Below, one piece after another: positions 55,860-64,000 of a stretch of 64,000 nt of DNA (positions are counted from its first letter, which is position 1; each line of letters begins with the position of its first letter). The translations under genes were made by a program, and so were the position numbers. Below the pieces are notes generated by a model. That model saw only the letters and a program-made list of their open reading frames with translations, had not been told where the DNA came from and made no database searches. Origin of the DNA: Candidatus Krumholzibacteriales bacterium (GTDB taxonomy: Bacteria > Krumholzibacteriota > Krumholzibacteriia > Krumholzibacteriales > WJIX01); the NCBI GenBank assembly GCA_046483305.1, contig JAWODM010000018.1, positions 28,360 to 92,359 of the forward strand, given 5' to 3'.

Positions 55860-56399
55860 GAATCAGCATCTATAGCCCACATTTGAAAAAACCAGCACCG
55901 GTTGAGATATCTGTCCACTCCCTGAGGGGGAGAAAAAGGTGGCATCTTTATAGAAAATACCTGTATTACGCTTTACTCATTACCCGATTCCCTTCCCTGA
56001 TCCACAAACCCCACAATGAGGCGCCCCCTGGGGCCTCGCACCCGGAACGCTCCCCGGAAAGATTTGAAAATACCGTCAACAAAACAAATGGGGGTTACCA
56101 TCAGGGCAAAGTCAAACTCGCTAATAGAAAACGGCGACTTCTCCGCCACATGCCGGAAAAACCGGCCGCCCCGTCTTTCGACCCTGATCGCCATCCCCTC
56201 TCAGACGGCTCCGCCCCGATTTCTATCCCCAAAGGCACAGCGAATTGGCCTGAACCAACGCCTGCCCCCAATCCCCTTTCCGGGAGAGGAGGCATTACCT
56301 GGCGTATCCCTATAATCAGGCATGACAGGCATCGCGATTTCTTTCGAATCACTTATCATATCCATCGCTATATTTATCAAACGGATCTATATCGGACAT
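55860..56399 (-). pseudogene. class I SAM-dependent methyltransferase (Methyltransf_11-like), inactivated
   Basis: ATG 56399 with GGGAGG 5 nt upstream. Reads MSDIDPFDKYSDGYDK-TGA(56349-56351)-FERNRDA, where W is expected. It then shifts frame to GLGAGVGSGQFAVPLGIEIGAEPSE, shifts again to FDFALMVTPICFVDGIFKSFRGAFRVRGPRGRLIVGFVD-stop, and then to GIFYKDATFFSP. Confidence 0.6.
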
Positions 56400-56432
56400 A
56401 CTAACCTCCCGCGCTTTCAGACGAGAGTCAAA

Positions 56433-56792
56433 CTAAAAGGTCATGACCTTATCGCTTTCAACTGTCCATTGAGAAAGCTCTTTCATATTACTCAATTGAA
56501 CACCTTCAATAAATTGAAGTTTATTGATACCGCGCGCTTCAGAACAGCCGCCACAACTTTTTACTTCCCCGCCTTTTTTGATAACCGATTTCAACATTCT
56601 TTCAATGTTATAGTAACCATTCGGCGTTGTTTGATTGGGCAGTCCACAAAACACAGCGTCCGCCAGCAAGAATATTCTTATTCTTACCGAATCGGCATGT
56701 TCTTTCTGAAGCGTCATTGCCATTCTCAATGCGTTGTAAGCCTTCTCTGTCCCATAAGGGGCATCATTGATAATAATCAGTAATTTTTGCAT
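56433..56792 (-). CDS. DsrE/DsrF/TusD-like family protein
   Basis: 119 aa. MQKLLIIINDAPYGTEKAYNALRMA...IFLLADAV...VKSCGGCSEARG follows the DsrE-like fold pattern. Confidence 0.6.
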   Translation of the reverse strand: MQKLLIIINDAPYGTEKAYNALRMAMTLQKEHADSVRIRIFLLADAVFCGLPNQTTPNGYYNIERMLKSVIKKGGEVKSCGGCSEARGINKLQFIEGVQLSNMKELSQWTVESDKVMTF

Positions 56793-56973
56793 GTTATCTC
56801 CTTTTTTTACGGCTAACTCAAAGTATATGGCCAGGTATAATCACTCACCCACTGTATAACACGGATGAATCCGCTTTATCTATCACATCGGATTCCCATA
56901 ATTATGGATATTACCCTGAATCGAGCGATTTTGAACATGAAAAATCCCAACCTCGTGATGGGACAGCCCATAG

Positions 56974-57402
56974 ATAAAAGATGCCGGCCACCAGCACCTT
57001 CTCACCCCCGGGGGTATCATCGAAACCTGCCACGACAGAGGAGCTGATGAGCTGGTCTTCAGAGCCCTTAAGGACTTCGCCAGTGAAACATTGCCCTTCA
57101 AGCGCTTCAACCAGAATACCGCCTGGTATTACATCATGCTTCTGGCATTCTTCCTGTTCGAATCTTTCAAGGAGGATGTGGCTGAGCCGGTAGTGCCGGT
57201 GAGCTCATATCCGGCAACAGTTCGCCGTCTGCTTATCGATATTGCCGCTAAGATAGTAAGTCATTCCGGGAAGATCATTCTCAAGGTTACCCGGTCCACC
57301 TGGAATAATCTCAATTTCCATAATCTCTGGATACGCAGCGACGCTCCGCCTGATTTTTCCCTGGGCGTAGGATCCACTCAAAGGTTCAGAACAGAGAAAT
57401 AA
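56974..57402 (+). mobile_element. IS1380-family transposase C-terminal remnant
   Basis: The frame opens after TAG at 56971-56973. It reads GIIETCHDRGADELVFRALKDFASETLPFKRFNQNTAWYYIMLLAFFLFESFK...TVRRLLIDIAAKIVSHSGKIILKV, the conserved C-terminal third of IS1380-type DDE transposases. The N-terminal two-thirds are absent. Confidence 0.6.
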
Positions 57403-57630
57403 ATTGGACTCGTCTGTCCAAAATACGCCCTGTTATCAAAAAGGCACTACCCTCAACACTGGTAAAATGTACTCACGAAATAAAATTCGCTCAATTCAGG
57501 TTCCAAGTTGATAAAACCCACTAACACAATAAAATCAATTACGAATATGTAGATACCCACGGGTTTACCCGCGGATATCTACTATGATTTCATGCATATC
57601 TTCATTCCCGGGCAGGTATAGCATGTTAAA

Positions 57631-58854
57631 TTATTCACTGCTCAAAGCCACGATAGGATCTAGCCGGGCTGCTTTGCGTGCCGGATAAACGCCGAAGAAC
57701 AGGCCGATCAATAACGAAAAACCGAATGAATACATAATTGAAGATAAGGATACACTTGCCGCCCATTCGGTCCCGACGGCAATGATCAACGAACCTATGA
57801 TGCCAAGCAAAATACCAACAACGCCACCGCCGATACTCATGATTGCGGACTCGATGACAAACTGCAGGGAAATGTCTCTGCGGTTGGCGCCTACTGCCAT
57901 TCTCAAACCGATTTCATTGGTGCGCTCACGGATGGCGATAAGCATAATTGCCAGAATGCCAATGCCGCCCACCAGCAGCGAAATGCCGGCAATGCTGGTG
58001 ATCAGGGCAGTAAATGTGCCAGTGGTTTCACGCCGTGTCTCCAGAAGTTCTGTCTGACTTTGAATAGTGAAATCGTCCGGCTTGTCGCGCCGGTTGAGAC
58101 GATGCCGTTCCCGCAGTACTTCCCTGATTTGCCGCTCCGCTAATTCCATTTTATCCTGACTGACCGCCTGAATGCTGATCGAGCCGATGTAATCCTGGTT
58201 GAAGACCCTGCGCAGCGCGGTTTTGATGGGAACCAGAATCTGGTCATCCTGATCGACTCCATTCAGGTCAACGCCTTTCTGTTCCATGACGCCAATAACC
58301 TGAAACGGAATCCTGCCGATGCGGATGGTTTCACCAATCGGGTTGGCGCCGTTAAACAGATTATCAACCACGGTTTGCCCCAACACGGCAACCCGCCGGG
58401 AAGCACGATTTTCTTCCTCGCTGAAAAAATATCCCTTTGCGGTGCGGAAATTCCTTACATCGAGAAATTCTACGCTGGTTCCCACGATGCTGGTATTGCT
58501 GCTTAAATTGGCGGATTTGACCTGCATTTTTTTGCTTTGCACCGGTGCGGCGCTTTGAACCAGCGGCACGGTGCGCCGCAGTACTTCGACATCCTCCAGG
58601 CTCAGGGTGGTAACTGTGCCGCGCACCTGCATTCTTCCGGCGGATTTTCGTACCTGGCCGGCGTTGACGATAATCAGGTTGGTGCCCATCGCTTCGATCT
58701 TGCCCAGGACTTCATTTTGAGCCCCGTTGCCTATGGCTACCATGATAATCACCGCCGAGACACCAATGATAATTCCCACCAGTGCCAGCACGGTGCGTAG
58801 TTTATGCGTCAGCAGTTGCTTGCGGGATATTTTTATGCTGCGTGCTATTTTCAT
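57631..58854 (-). CDS. ABC transporter permease, MacB/FtsX-like (MacB periplasmic domain + FtsX)
   Basis: 407 aa. N-terminal LLTHKLRTVLALVGIIIGV, a large periplasmic loop, and three C-terminal TM helices (FtsX domain) with EIGLRMAVGA. Confidence 0.85.
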   Translation of the reverse strand: MKIARSIKISRKQLLTHKLRTVLALVGIIIGVSAVIIMVAIGNGAQNEVLGKIEAMGTNLIIVNAGQVRKSAGRMQVRGTVTTLSLEDVEVLRRTVPLVQSAAPVQSKKMQVKSANLSSNTSIVGTSVEFLDVRNFRTAKGYFFSEEENRASRRVAVLGQTVVDNLFNGANPIGETIRIGRIPFQVIGVMEQKGVDLNGVDQDDQILVPIKTALRRVFNQDYIGSISIQAVSQDKMELAERQIREVLRERHRLNRRDKPDDFTIQSQTELLETRRETTGTFTALITSIAGISLLVGGIGILAIMLIAIRERTNEIGLRMAVGANRRDISLQFVIESAIMSIGGGVVGILLGIIGSLIIAVGTEWAASVSLSSIMYSFGFSLLIGLFFGVYPARKAARLDPIVALSSE

Positions 58855-58936
58855 AGTTTTTGTTGCCCACTGAATATACGAAATAACTTAAAAAAACAAA
58901 TTGGGCTTTTTCGCGTGTTTCGTGGACAAATCCATT

Positions 58937-60154
58937 TTATGACCTCAGAGATTCCACCGGCTGCAATCTGGCGGCGCGGCTGGCCGGTTGCATTCCGGCG
59001 ATGATGCCCACTAAACTCGACGAAACCACGCCCAGCGCAACGCCTTCCCAGGAAACCGATACCGGCATGGCGGTGATCATTTTTAAAAATTGAGCGCCGG
59101 CTCCGCCCAGAACAATGCCGATTATTCCTCCTGTCAGCGTTACCGCGGTGGCTTCAAACAAAAATTGCAGTTTGATGTCTTTGCTGCGTGCACCAACCGC
59201 TTTACGTAAACCAATTTCCCTCTTCCGTTCGTTCACCGAGATCAGCATGATGTTGGCGACCACCACCCCGCCGACAATCAGTGCAATCCCCGCCACCAGC
59301 GCCAGAAAAATATTAAAGGTGCCGGCAACCTTCTCGGCAAATTGGGTTACTTCATCCGGAGTCATAATCCTGAAATCATCCGGCATACCTTCGGCAATTA
59401 TATGCCGCTCCCGAAGGATGGCGCTGATATTTTCAGCAGTTTGCTGCATTTCATCGGCCGAAGTCAGCAGAATTTTCGTACCGAAGATATAATCCACATT
59501 CGCAACGCGGCGCATGAAAGTGGTCAGGGGAATATTAACACGGTTGTCCATATCGCCGCCGCCGGGACTGGTACCCTTGGGCTGCATCACGCCTTTCACT
59601 TGAAACTGCACGTTTCCGATGCGGATGTGCTTCCCGATTGGACTTTCATCGCCGAAAAGTTCTTTCTTCACCGTGGGACCAATCAGGCAGACACGGTTCA
59701 AATTATCCATATCGTTTTCGGAAATGAAATCGCCGGACTGCACATCCCAGTCCCACACATAGGCCCAGGATGGTGTAATGCCGAATACGGCTGCCGTTGT
59801 CGATTTATCCAGATATTTGATTTCCGAATTGGGTTTACGGTTGAACGGCGCAACCTCGTCAACATTTTCAACTTCGCGTTTAATTACTTCGGCATCGCGC
59901 AGGGTGAATGTCGTTACCGGTCCTCCGCCGGCCGGTCGCCCCATTTCCCTGCCGCCGCCGGCGAAAACCATCATGCTTTGCAGTCCGAATTTTTTCACCC
60001 GTTCCATCACCCGCTCCTGGGCACCCTTTCCAACAGAAATAATCAATGTCAGCGCGGTAATGCCGATAACGATTCCGATCATCATCAAAAAAGTGCGCAT
60101 TTTGTTTCTGCCAAGGCCCATATAAGCGATTTTGATCATTCTATTTGTTTTCAT
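58937..60154 (-). CDS. ABC transporter permease, MacB/FtsX-like (second paralogue)
   Basis: Start at MKTNRMIKIAYMGLGRNKMRTFL (ATG 60154, SD GGAGG 6 nt upstream), overlapping the ATPase gene end by 14 nt. FtsX block EIGLRKAVGA. Confidence 0.85.
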   Translation of the reverse strand: MKTNRMIKIAYMGLGRNKMRTFLMMIGIVIGITALTLIISVGKGAQERVMERVKKFGLQSMMVFAGGGREMGRPAGGGPVTTFTLRDAEVIKREVENVDEVAPFNRKPNSEIKYLDKSTTAAVFGITPSWAYVWDWDVQSGDFISENDMDNLNRVCLIGPTVKKELFGDESPIGKHIRIGNVQFQVKGVMQPKGTSPGGGDMDNRVNIPLTTFMRRVANVDYIFGTKILLTSADEMQQTAENISAILRERHIIAEGMPDDFRIMTPDEVTQFAEKVAGTFNIFLALVAGIALIVGGVVVANIMLISVNERKREIGLRKAVGARSKDIKLQFLFEATAVTLTGGIIGIVLGGAGAQFLKMITAMPVSVSWEGVALGVVSSSLVGIIAGMQPASRAARLQPVESLRS

Positions 60155-60893
60155 TGGCCACCTCCGCTGCAGGTAATTTTTCCAATTCGGTTGTTGCATT
60201 TAACGGATTGGGATTTTCTTCATCCGCAATGATTCTGCCGTCGGAGATTTTGATAATGCGCCGGGTATGCGTGGCGATATCCGGCTCATGGGTCACCAGC
60301 ACAATGGTGCGTCCCCTTTTATGCAAATCCGCAAACAGGGCGATGATCTCCAGACTGGAACGAGTATCCAGGTTTCCCGTTGGTTCATCGGCAAAGATGA
60401 TTTCCGGGTCGTTGACCAGCGCCCGGGCAATAGCCACACGCTGCTGCTGCCCGCCGGACAGTTCTCCGGGATGATGATCCATGCGGGCAGCCAGTCCCAC
60501 AGACTTCAACGCCTCTTGCGCCAGTTTGGTGATATCCTGCTTATCCGAATATATCAACGGCAGTTCCACATTTTCCAGTGCGCTGGTTCTGACCAGCAGA
60601 TTAAACGACTGGAACACAAACCCGATTTTTTGATTGCGGATCTTCGCCAGTTGTTCATCGCCCAGTTTGCTGACTTCGCTGCCATCAAGCAGCAAGGTGC
60701 CAGCAGTAGGCTTATCAAGGCAGCCGAGAATATTCATCAAAGTTGATTTGCCCGAACCCGACGCGCCCATGATGGCGACAAATTCGCCACGGCGGATTTC
60801 CAGAGAAACATCGGCCACCGCCACAACCTGCGCGCTGTTTTCCTTTCCATAAACCTTTGACAGATTTTTTGCCTGAATTAATTTATTGCTCAT
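60141..60893 (-). CDS. ABC transporter ATP-binding protein (MacB/LolD-type)
   Basis: 250 aa. Walker A GASGSGKST, signature LSGGQQQRVAIARAL, Walker B IIFADEPTGNLD. Confidence 0.93.
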   Translation of the reverse strand: MSNKLIQAKNLSKVYGKENSAQVVAVADVSLEIRRGEFVAIMGASGSGKSTLMNILGCLDKPTAGTLLLDGSEVSKLGDEQLAKIRNQKIGFVFQSFNLLVRTSALENVELPLIYSDKQDITKLAQEALKSVGLAARMDHHPGELSGGQQQRVAIARALVNDPEIIFADEPTGNLDTRSSLEIIALFADLHKRGRTIVLVTHEPDIATHTRRIIKISDGRIIADEENPNPLNATTELEKLPAAEVANENK

Positions 60894-60908
60894 ATTGTTC
60901 TCCTTTAT

Positions 60909-61961
60909 TTATTCTGAAATAACAACTGTTTCGCCTTCCTGCAATCCGCTGACGATTTCGATCAAACCGTTGCTGGTCCAGCCGGTTTTCACTTTTCGGG
61001 GAACCTGCTTTTCTCCTTCCAGCACCGTGACAAATCGTTCGCCGCGCTTTCGTCTGATAGCGCTCAGGGGAATGGTTAAAATGTCTTTCCGGGCTTCAAG
61101 GTAGATGGTCACGTTGGCGGTCATTTCCGGTCGCAGGGTTTTTTCTTTGTGATCGGTAATCTTTAATGTCACCACGTAATTGACCACATTATCCTGAATC
61201 AACGCCTTGGGATAAATAGCTGTCACCTCGCCTTCAAACTCGCTATCGGGATAGGTGTCCACCGTAAAAATGGCCGATTGCCCGGCCTGAATCCGGCCGA
61301 TATCCGTTTCGTCCACGTAGGTCCAGACTTCAAGTCGCTCCAGGTTGATAATAGTGACAAAGGTGGGCGCGGCAAAACTGGCGGCTACCGTCTCGCCTTC
61401 CTGGGTGGATACGGACGCCACAACCCCGGCGATGGGCGCGGTTATTTTGGTGTAGTCGAGTTGAACCTTCGCAAATTCCAGATTGGCCTTTGCCTGTTCC
61501 AGTTGCGCTCTGTTGACCTCAAACGATTTTTCCGCCAGATCCACCTGGTTTTGAGAAATGTAATTCTGCTTGATCAGAGATTTCTGCCGTTCCAGATCCA
61601 GTTTGGCGTATTCGAAATTGGCGACGGCATTCCGCCAGTTGGCATACGCCTGCTCGTATTTTGCCTGCAATTCCGAAGGTTCCAGTTCGGCAATGATCTG
61701 CCCTTTTTTTACATAATCGCCAACATTGGCATAAATATTTTTTACCAACCCGGACACCCTCGAGCCCACCCGCACCTCGGCACCCACCATTGCTTTAACA
61801 ATCCCGGTTGCAAGCACGCTGGAACCAAGATCACGTCGTGTTACGACCGCGGTTTGATATTGATCCCTGTTTTCGTTGTTATCAGATAACAATGAATACC
61901 CAAAAATAAAGATTAAAATAATAATCAGCACTGCTGCGGTTATATAATGTTTCTTTTTCAC
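60909..61961 (-). CDS. efflux periplasmic adaptor (HlyD/MacA-type membrane fusion protein)
   Basis: 350 aa. N-terminal TM helix, lipoyl-like motif, long coiled coil (LQAKYEQAYANWRNAVANFEYAKLDLERQK...), beta-barrel C-terminus. Confidence 0.88.
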   Translation of the reverse strand: MKKKHYITAAVLIIILIFIFGYSLLSDNNENRDQYQTAVVTRRDLGSSVLATGIVKAMVGAEVRVGSRVSGLVKNIYANVGDYVKKGQIIAELEPSELQAKYEQAYANWRNAVANFEYAKLDLERQKSLIKQNYISQNQVDLAEKSFEVNRAQLEQAKANLEFAKVQLDYTKITAPIAGVVASVSTQEGETVAASFAAPTFVTIINLERLEVWTYVDETDIGRIQAGQSAIFTVDTYPDSEFEGEVTAIYPKALIQDNVVNYVVTLKITDHKEKTLRPEMTANVTIYLEARKDILTIPLSAIRRKRGERFVTVLEGEKQVPRKVKTGWTSNGLIEIVSGLQEGETVVISE

Positions 61962-61972
61962 TCTACAATCTC

Positions 61973-63319
61973 CTAAACATTAATTATTCCGGCCGCACGA
62001 TCCAGCACAGCCAGCGCTATTTTATAATCCGCCAGCGCCTCAATCAATGTCTGCTCGGCTGTCACAAAGGCGGTCTGAGCGTCGATCACATCCAGCATGG
62101 AACCCACGCCTTCGCGGTATTCGCCTTCGGCAATGTTACGGCTTTCCAGCGCATTTTCATAAAAAATACGCGAATTGGAAACACGTTCGGCCGCTTCCTT
62201 GACCTGCAAATATGCATTCCACACTTCCGCGCCAATCTCATGGCAAAGACTTTCCTGTTGCTGTTCCAGATTGCGCAGTGCCAGATTCTCCTGTTTTACC
62301 CGCGCCGGCCGCGAAAATCCGCTGAACAGCGGAACACTTAAGCTCAGGCCGATATAGGAAGATGCATTCAAATCGGAAGTCGTTTCGCCGGCATACGAGT
62401 AACTGCCTTCAACTGAAAAAGTGGGGAAGTAATCGCCACGGGCGAAACGGATATTTGCCTGCTGCGCTCTAATCTGCTGATTGATTCGCTCCAATTCCGA
62501 TCGGTTTTTAAAAGCGCGTTGCAAATATTTTTCAAATCGATTTTCATTAAAGCCAAAACTGCTATCAGCAGGGCTTGCGGCCGTTTCCAGATCATCCACA
62601 ATTTTAAGCGGCAGTTGCACGGCACGCCCCATCTGCAGATTGAGTTGTCCTCGGGCGGCCAAATGTGCATTACGCGTTCTGATCATCGCCAGTTGGGCAT
62701 CCGATTGCGCAACCTTTGCTTTCAAAATATCCGAACGGCTCGCCAGGCCGGTATTAAAGAGCGCATTGGAGAAATCCAGGTGCTTCTGCGCTCGCTGTAC
62801 TGACTGCTCCGCCACCTGCACCAGCCGTTCCAACTGCAGCAGGCGATAGTAGGCTTCCGTTACCCTGACAACAAGATCCTGTTGATTGGTCTTATGCCAC
62901 GCCCCGTTTGCCTGAAAATTGGCCTTTGCTGCATTTTCTCTGGCTACCGTTTTAAATCCCTGGAAAATAGGATAACGGGCTGATAATCCGCCGCTCCAGT
63001 TATCCATGCTGGTTTTTCCTGTGCCACCTGTGCCATTCTCCCAGGTGGATTGACTGCCGCTGGCGCTCAACGACAGAGTCGGATAATATCCAGCTTTAAC
63101 CTCACCGATTCGCGCCCGGCTTTCTTCAACCGTCAAACCGGAAGCCAGGATTTGCGGATTATTTTTCAGCGCAATTTCAATACAGTGGTTCAATTTAAAA
63201 ACTGGCGTATTGGATTGCTGGGCATGCAGATGGGAAAATGACAACAAAACCATTGCCGTAAATATGTGTGGAAGTCGGCGTGTTATTTTAATCCAGTTGT
63301 TGGTATATAGCATTTTCAT
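61973..63319 (-). CDS. TolC-family outer-membrane efflux protein
   Basis: 448 aa. Signal peptide. Duplicated helical repeat pattern typical of TolC/OEP (YPTLSLSASGS..., YFPTFSVEGSYSY...). Confidence 0.88.
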   Translation of the reverse strand: MKMLYTNNWIKITRRLPHIFTAMVLLSFSHLHAQQSNTPVFKLNHCIEIALKNNPQILASGLTVEESRARIGEVKAGYYPTLSLSASGSQSTWENGTGGTGKTSMDNWSGGLSARYPIFQGFKTVARENAAKANFQANGAWHKTNQQDLVVRVTEAYYRLLQLERLVQVAEQSVQRAQKHLDFSNALFNTGLASRSDILKAKVAQSDAQLAMIRTRNAHLAARGQLNLQMGRAVQLPLKIVDDLETAASPADSSFGFNENRFEKYLQRAFKNRSELERINQQIRAQQANIRFARGDYFPTFSVEGSYSYAGETTSDLNASSYIGLSLSVPLFSGFSRPARVKQENLALRNLEQQQESLCHEIGAEVWNAYLQVKEAAERVSNSRIFYENALESRNIAEGEYREGVGSMLDVIDAQTAFVTAEQTLIEALADYKIALAVLDRAAGIINV

Positions 63320-63813
63320 TTCCTATCCTCTTCTGTTGTTGCCGGCTGCCCGGAACGGGGATTTCTCATTCTGCCAGGGAAACGTTCAGACACAATGCCG
63401 TAAAACGTTTGCCATTGTGCCGGGGTCAACACTTCCTTGAACTGGTAAAAATGCCCGATCACCAGGTGCTGCGATTCCATCTGCAGGTTGCTGATCAGGT
63501 TGAGCAAGCTGTCAATGCGAGCGTCATCCGGCTGTGGCTGCCAGATTTCCTGCAACAGCAACCGGTTCTGCCCTTCCAGCAATTGGTTCAGAGAATCAAT
63601 ACTGGAATGGAACTCACCCCGGATCTCCTCAAAGCGGGCGATCTGTGCCGGCGACAATGCCAGTTCCCGCTTGACCTGCTCGAACCGGGCTTTCTGCATC
63701 GGCGCGCAGGGACCCTGGCGGGAATTCAACCAGCGCTGATGAATGACCGTTCCCAGAGCGATCAAATTTATCAGGGTAACGGCAATAATCAGATAGATGA
63801 TTTTCTTCTTCAT
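63316..63813 (-). CDS. Spy/CpxP/ZraP-like periplasmic protein (LTxxQ motifs)
   Basis: 165 aa. N-terminal TM/signal segment. Two L(S/T)PAQ motifs (LSPAQIARFEEI, LTPAQWQTF). ATGA overlaps at both ends (with the upstream partial ORF and with tolC). Confidence 0.65.
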   Translation of the reverse strand: MKKKIIYLIIAVTLINLIALGTVIHQRWLNSRQGPCAPMQKARFEQVKRELALSPAQIARFEEIRGEFHSSIDSLNQLLEGQNRLLLQEIWQPQPDDARIDSLLNLISNLQMESQHLVIGHFYQFKEVLTPAQWQTFYGIVSERFPGRMRNPRSGQPATTEEDRK

Positions 63814-64000
63814 TCCTGCCTCTCGCTTTCGTTCAATGCCAGAACCTGGACGTTGATGGATCCCGGCGGCAAAATTTCAAAATAGCTCATGCCATAATCA
63901 TCGGTGATTCTTTCTGTTGATAATTCAGCAGATTCACCGGAATTACCGGTCATCAGGCCTCCCAGTTTAATTCCGCTGAAAATTATGAAAAACAGCGCCG
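63810..64000 (-). CDS. partial CDS (C-terminal 62 codons), membrane-anchored protein running off the window
   Basis: Frame is open to the window edge: ALFFIIFSGIKLGGLMTGNSGES...VQVLALNESERQE-TGA. The stop overlaps the ATG of the CpxP-like gene (ATGA). Identity cannot be determined; the position would suit an anti-sigma or sensor protein. Confidence 0.4.
   Translation of the reverse strand, partial: ALFFIIFSGIKLGGLMTGNSGESAELSTERITDDYGMSYFEILPPGSINVQVLALNESERQE

Noticed and set aside
56349-56351. Possibility of TGA=Trp recoding (alternative genetic code), because TGA sits where Trp is expected in the methyltransferase
   Set aside because: TGA is used as a genuine stop by several well-supported genes in the window (kdpF, ECF sigma, DUF4097 gene, the partial ORF at 63810). 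The same remnant also has multiple frameshifts. It is an ordinary inactivating mutation.
55820-56404. 194-aa plus-strand ORF
   Set aside because: It is the antisense of the broken methyltransferase remnant. The translation is P/R/H-rich with no recognisable fold.
59342-60232. 296-aa plus-strand ORF (similar cases: 61278..61889, 16603..17163, 23773..24396, 37879..38391)
   Set aside because: All are antisense to strongly supported genes (FtsX permease, adaptor, C1 peptidase, ktrA, catalase) and lack motifs.

Overview
64-kb window from a diderm bacterium. It is probably an uncultivated FCB-superphylum-like lineage: it has a T9SS-type C-terminal sorting domain on a secreted protease, Omp85/TolC/porin genes, two sigma-54 activators and a bacterial tricorn protease. 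All calls come from reading the ORF translations and the DNA by eye. No searches were run, so family names are motif-based. I support about 50 protein genes (mostly minus strand), one tRNA (initiator Met), no rRNA and no CRISPR. Layout by region follows. (1) 0.2-6.2 kb is a sigma-54 regulatory island: a TPR-GAF activator, a small secreted protein with a sigma-54-type promoter, and an orphan NtrC-type regulator coupled to a Ppx/GppA phosphatase. (2) 6.2-16.2 kb holds rlmN, a T9SS-sorted zincin and an Omp85 protein. It also holds a four-gene ECF-sigma envelope module, an unusual nested-palindrome intergenic element, then eno-ftsB-tRNA-fMet. (3) 16.2-23.6 kb holds a signal-peptide C1 peptidase, a tricorn protease, a Na+/solute symporter and an outer-membrane barrel. 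(4) 23.7-38.9 kb holds ktrAB, a fused ADP-forming acyl-CoA synthetase with a tiny Cys-rich partner, a GNAT and a DUF2254 protein. It also holds kdpFABC with a tandem-USP gene (no kdpDE) and a catalase. (5) 39-57.5 kb looks accessory and decaying: secreted proteins and lipoproteins of unknown function, a porin and a ferredoxin. It contains three pseudogenes or frame-broken remnants (DUF72, a methyltransferase, one unassigned) and two IS remnants (IS3, IS1380). It also contains a TetR-MMPL-LolA-like-DUF1302 export operon. (6) 57.6-64 kb is a CpxP-like/TolC/MacA/MacB-type efflux operon running off the window edge. The items I consider most worth follow-up are the nested perfect-palindrome element at 13.9-14.3 kb, the ECF/DUF4097/zf-HC2/beta-helix-membrane module, the sigma-54-driven small secreted protein, and the MMPL/LolA-like/DUF1302 operon.
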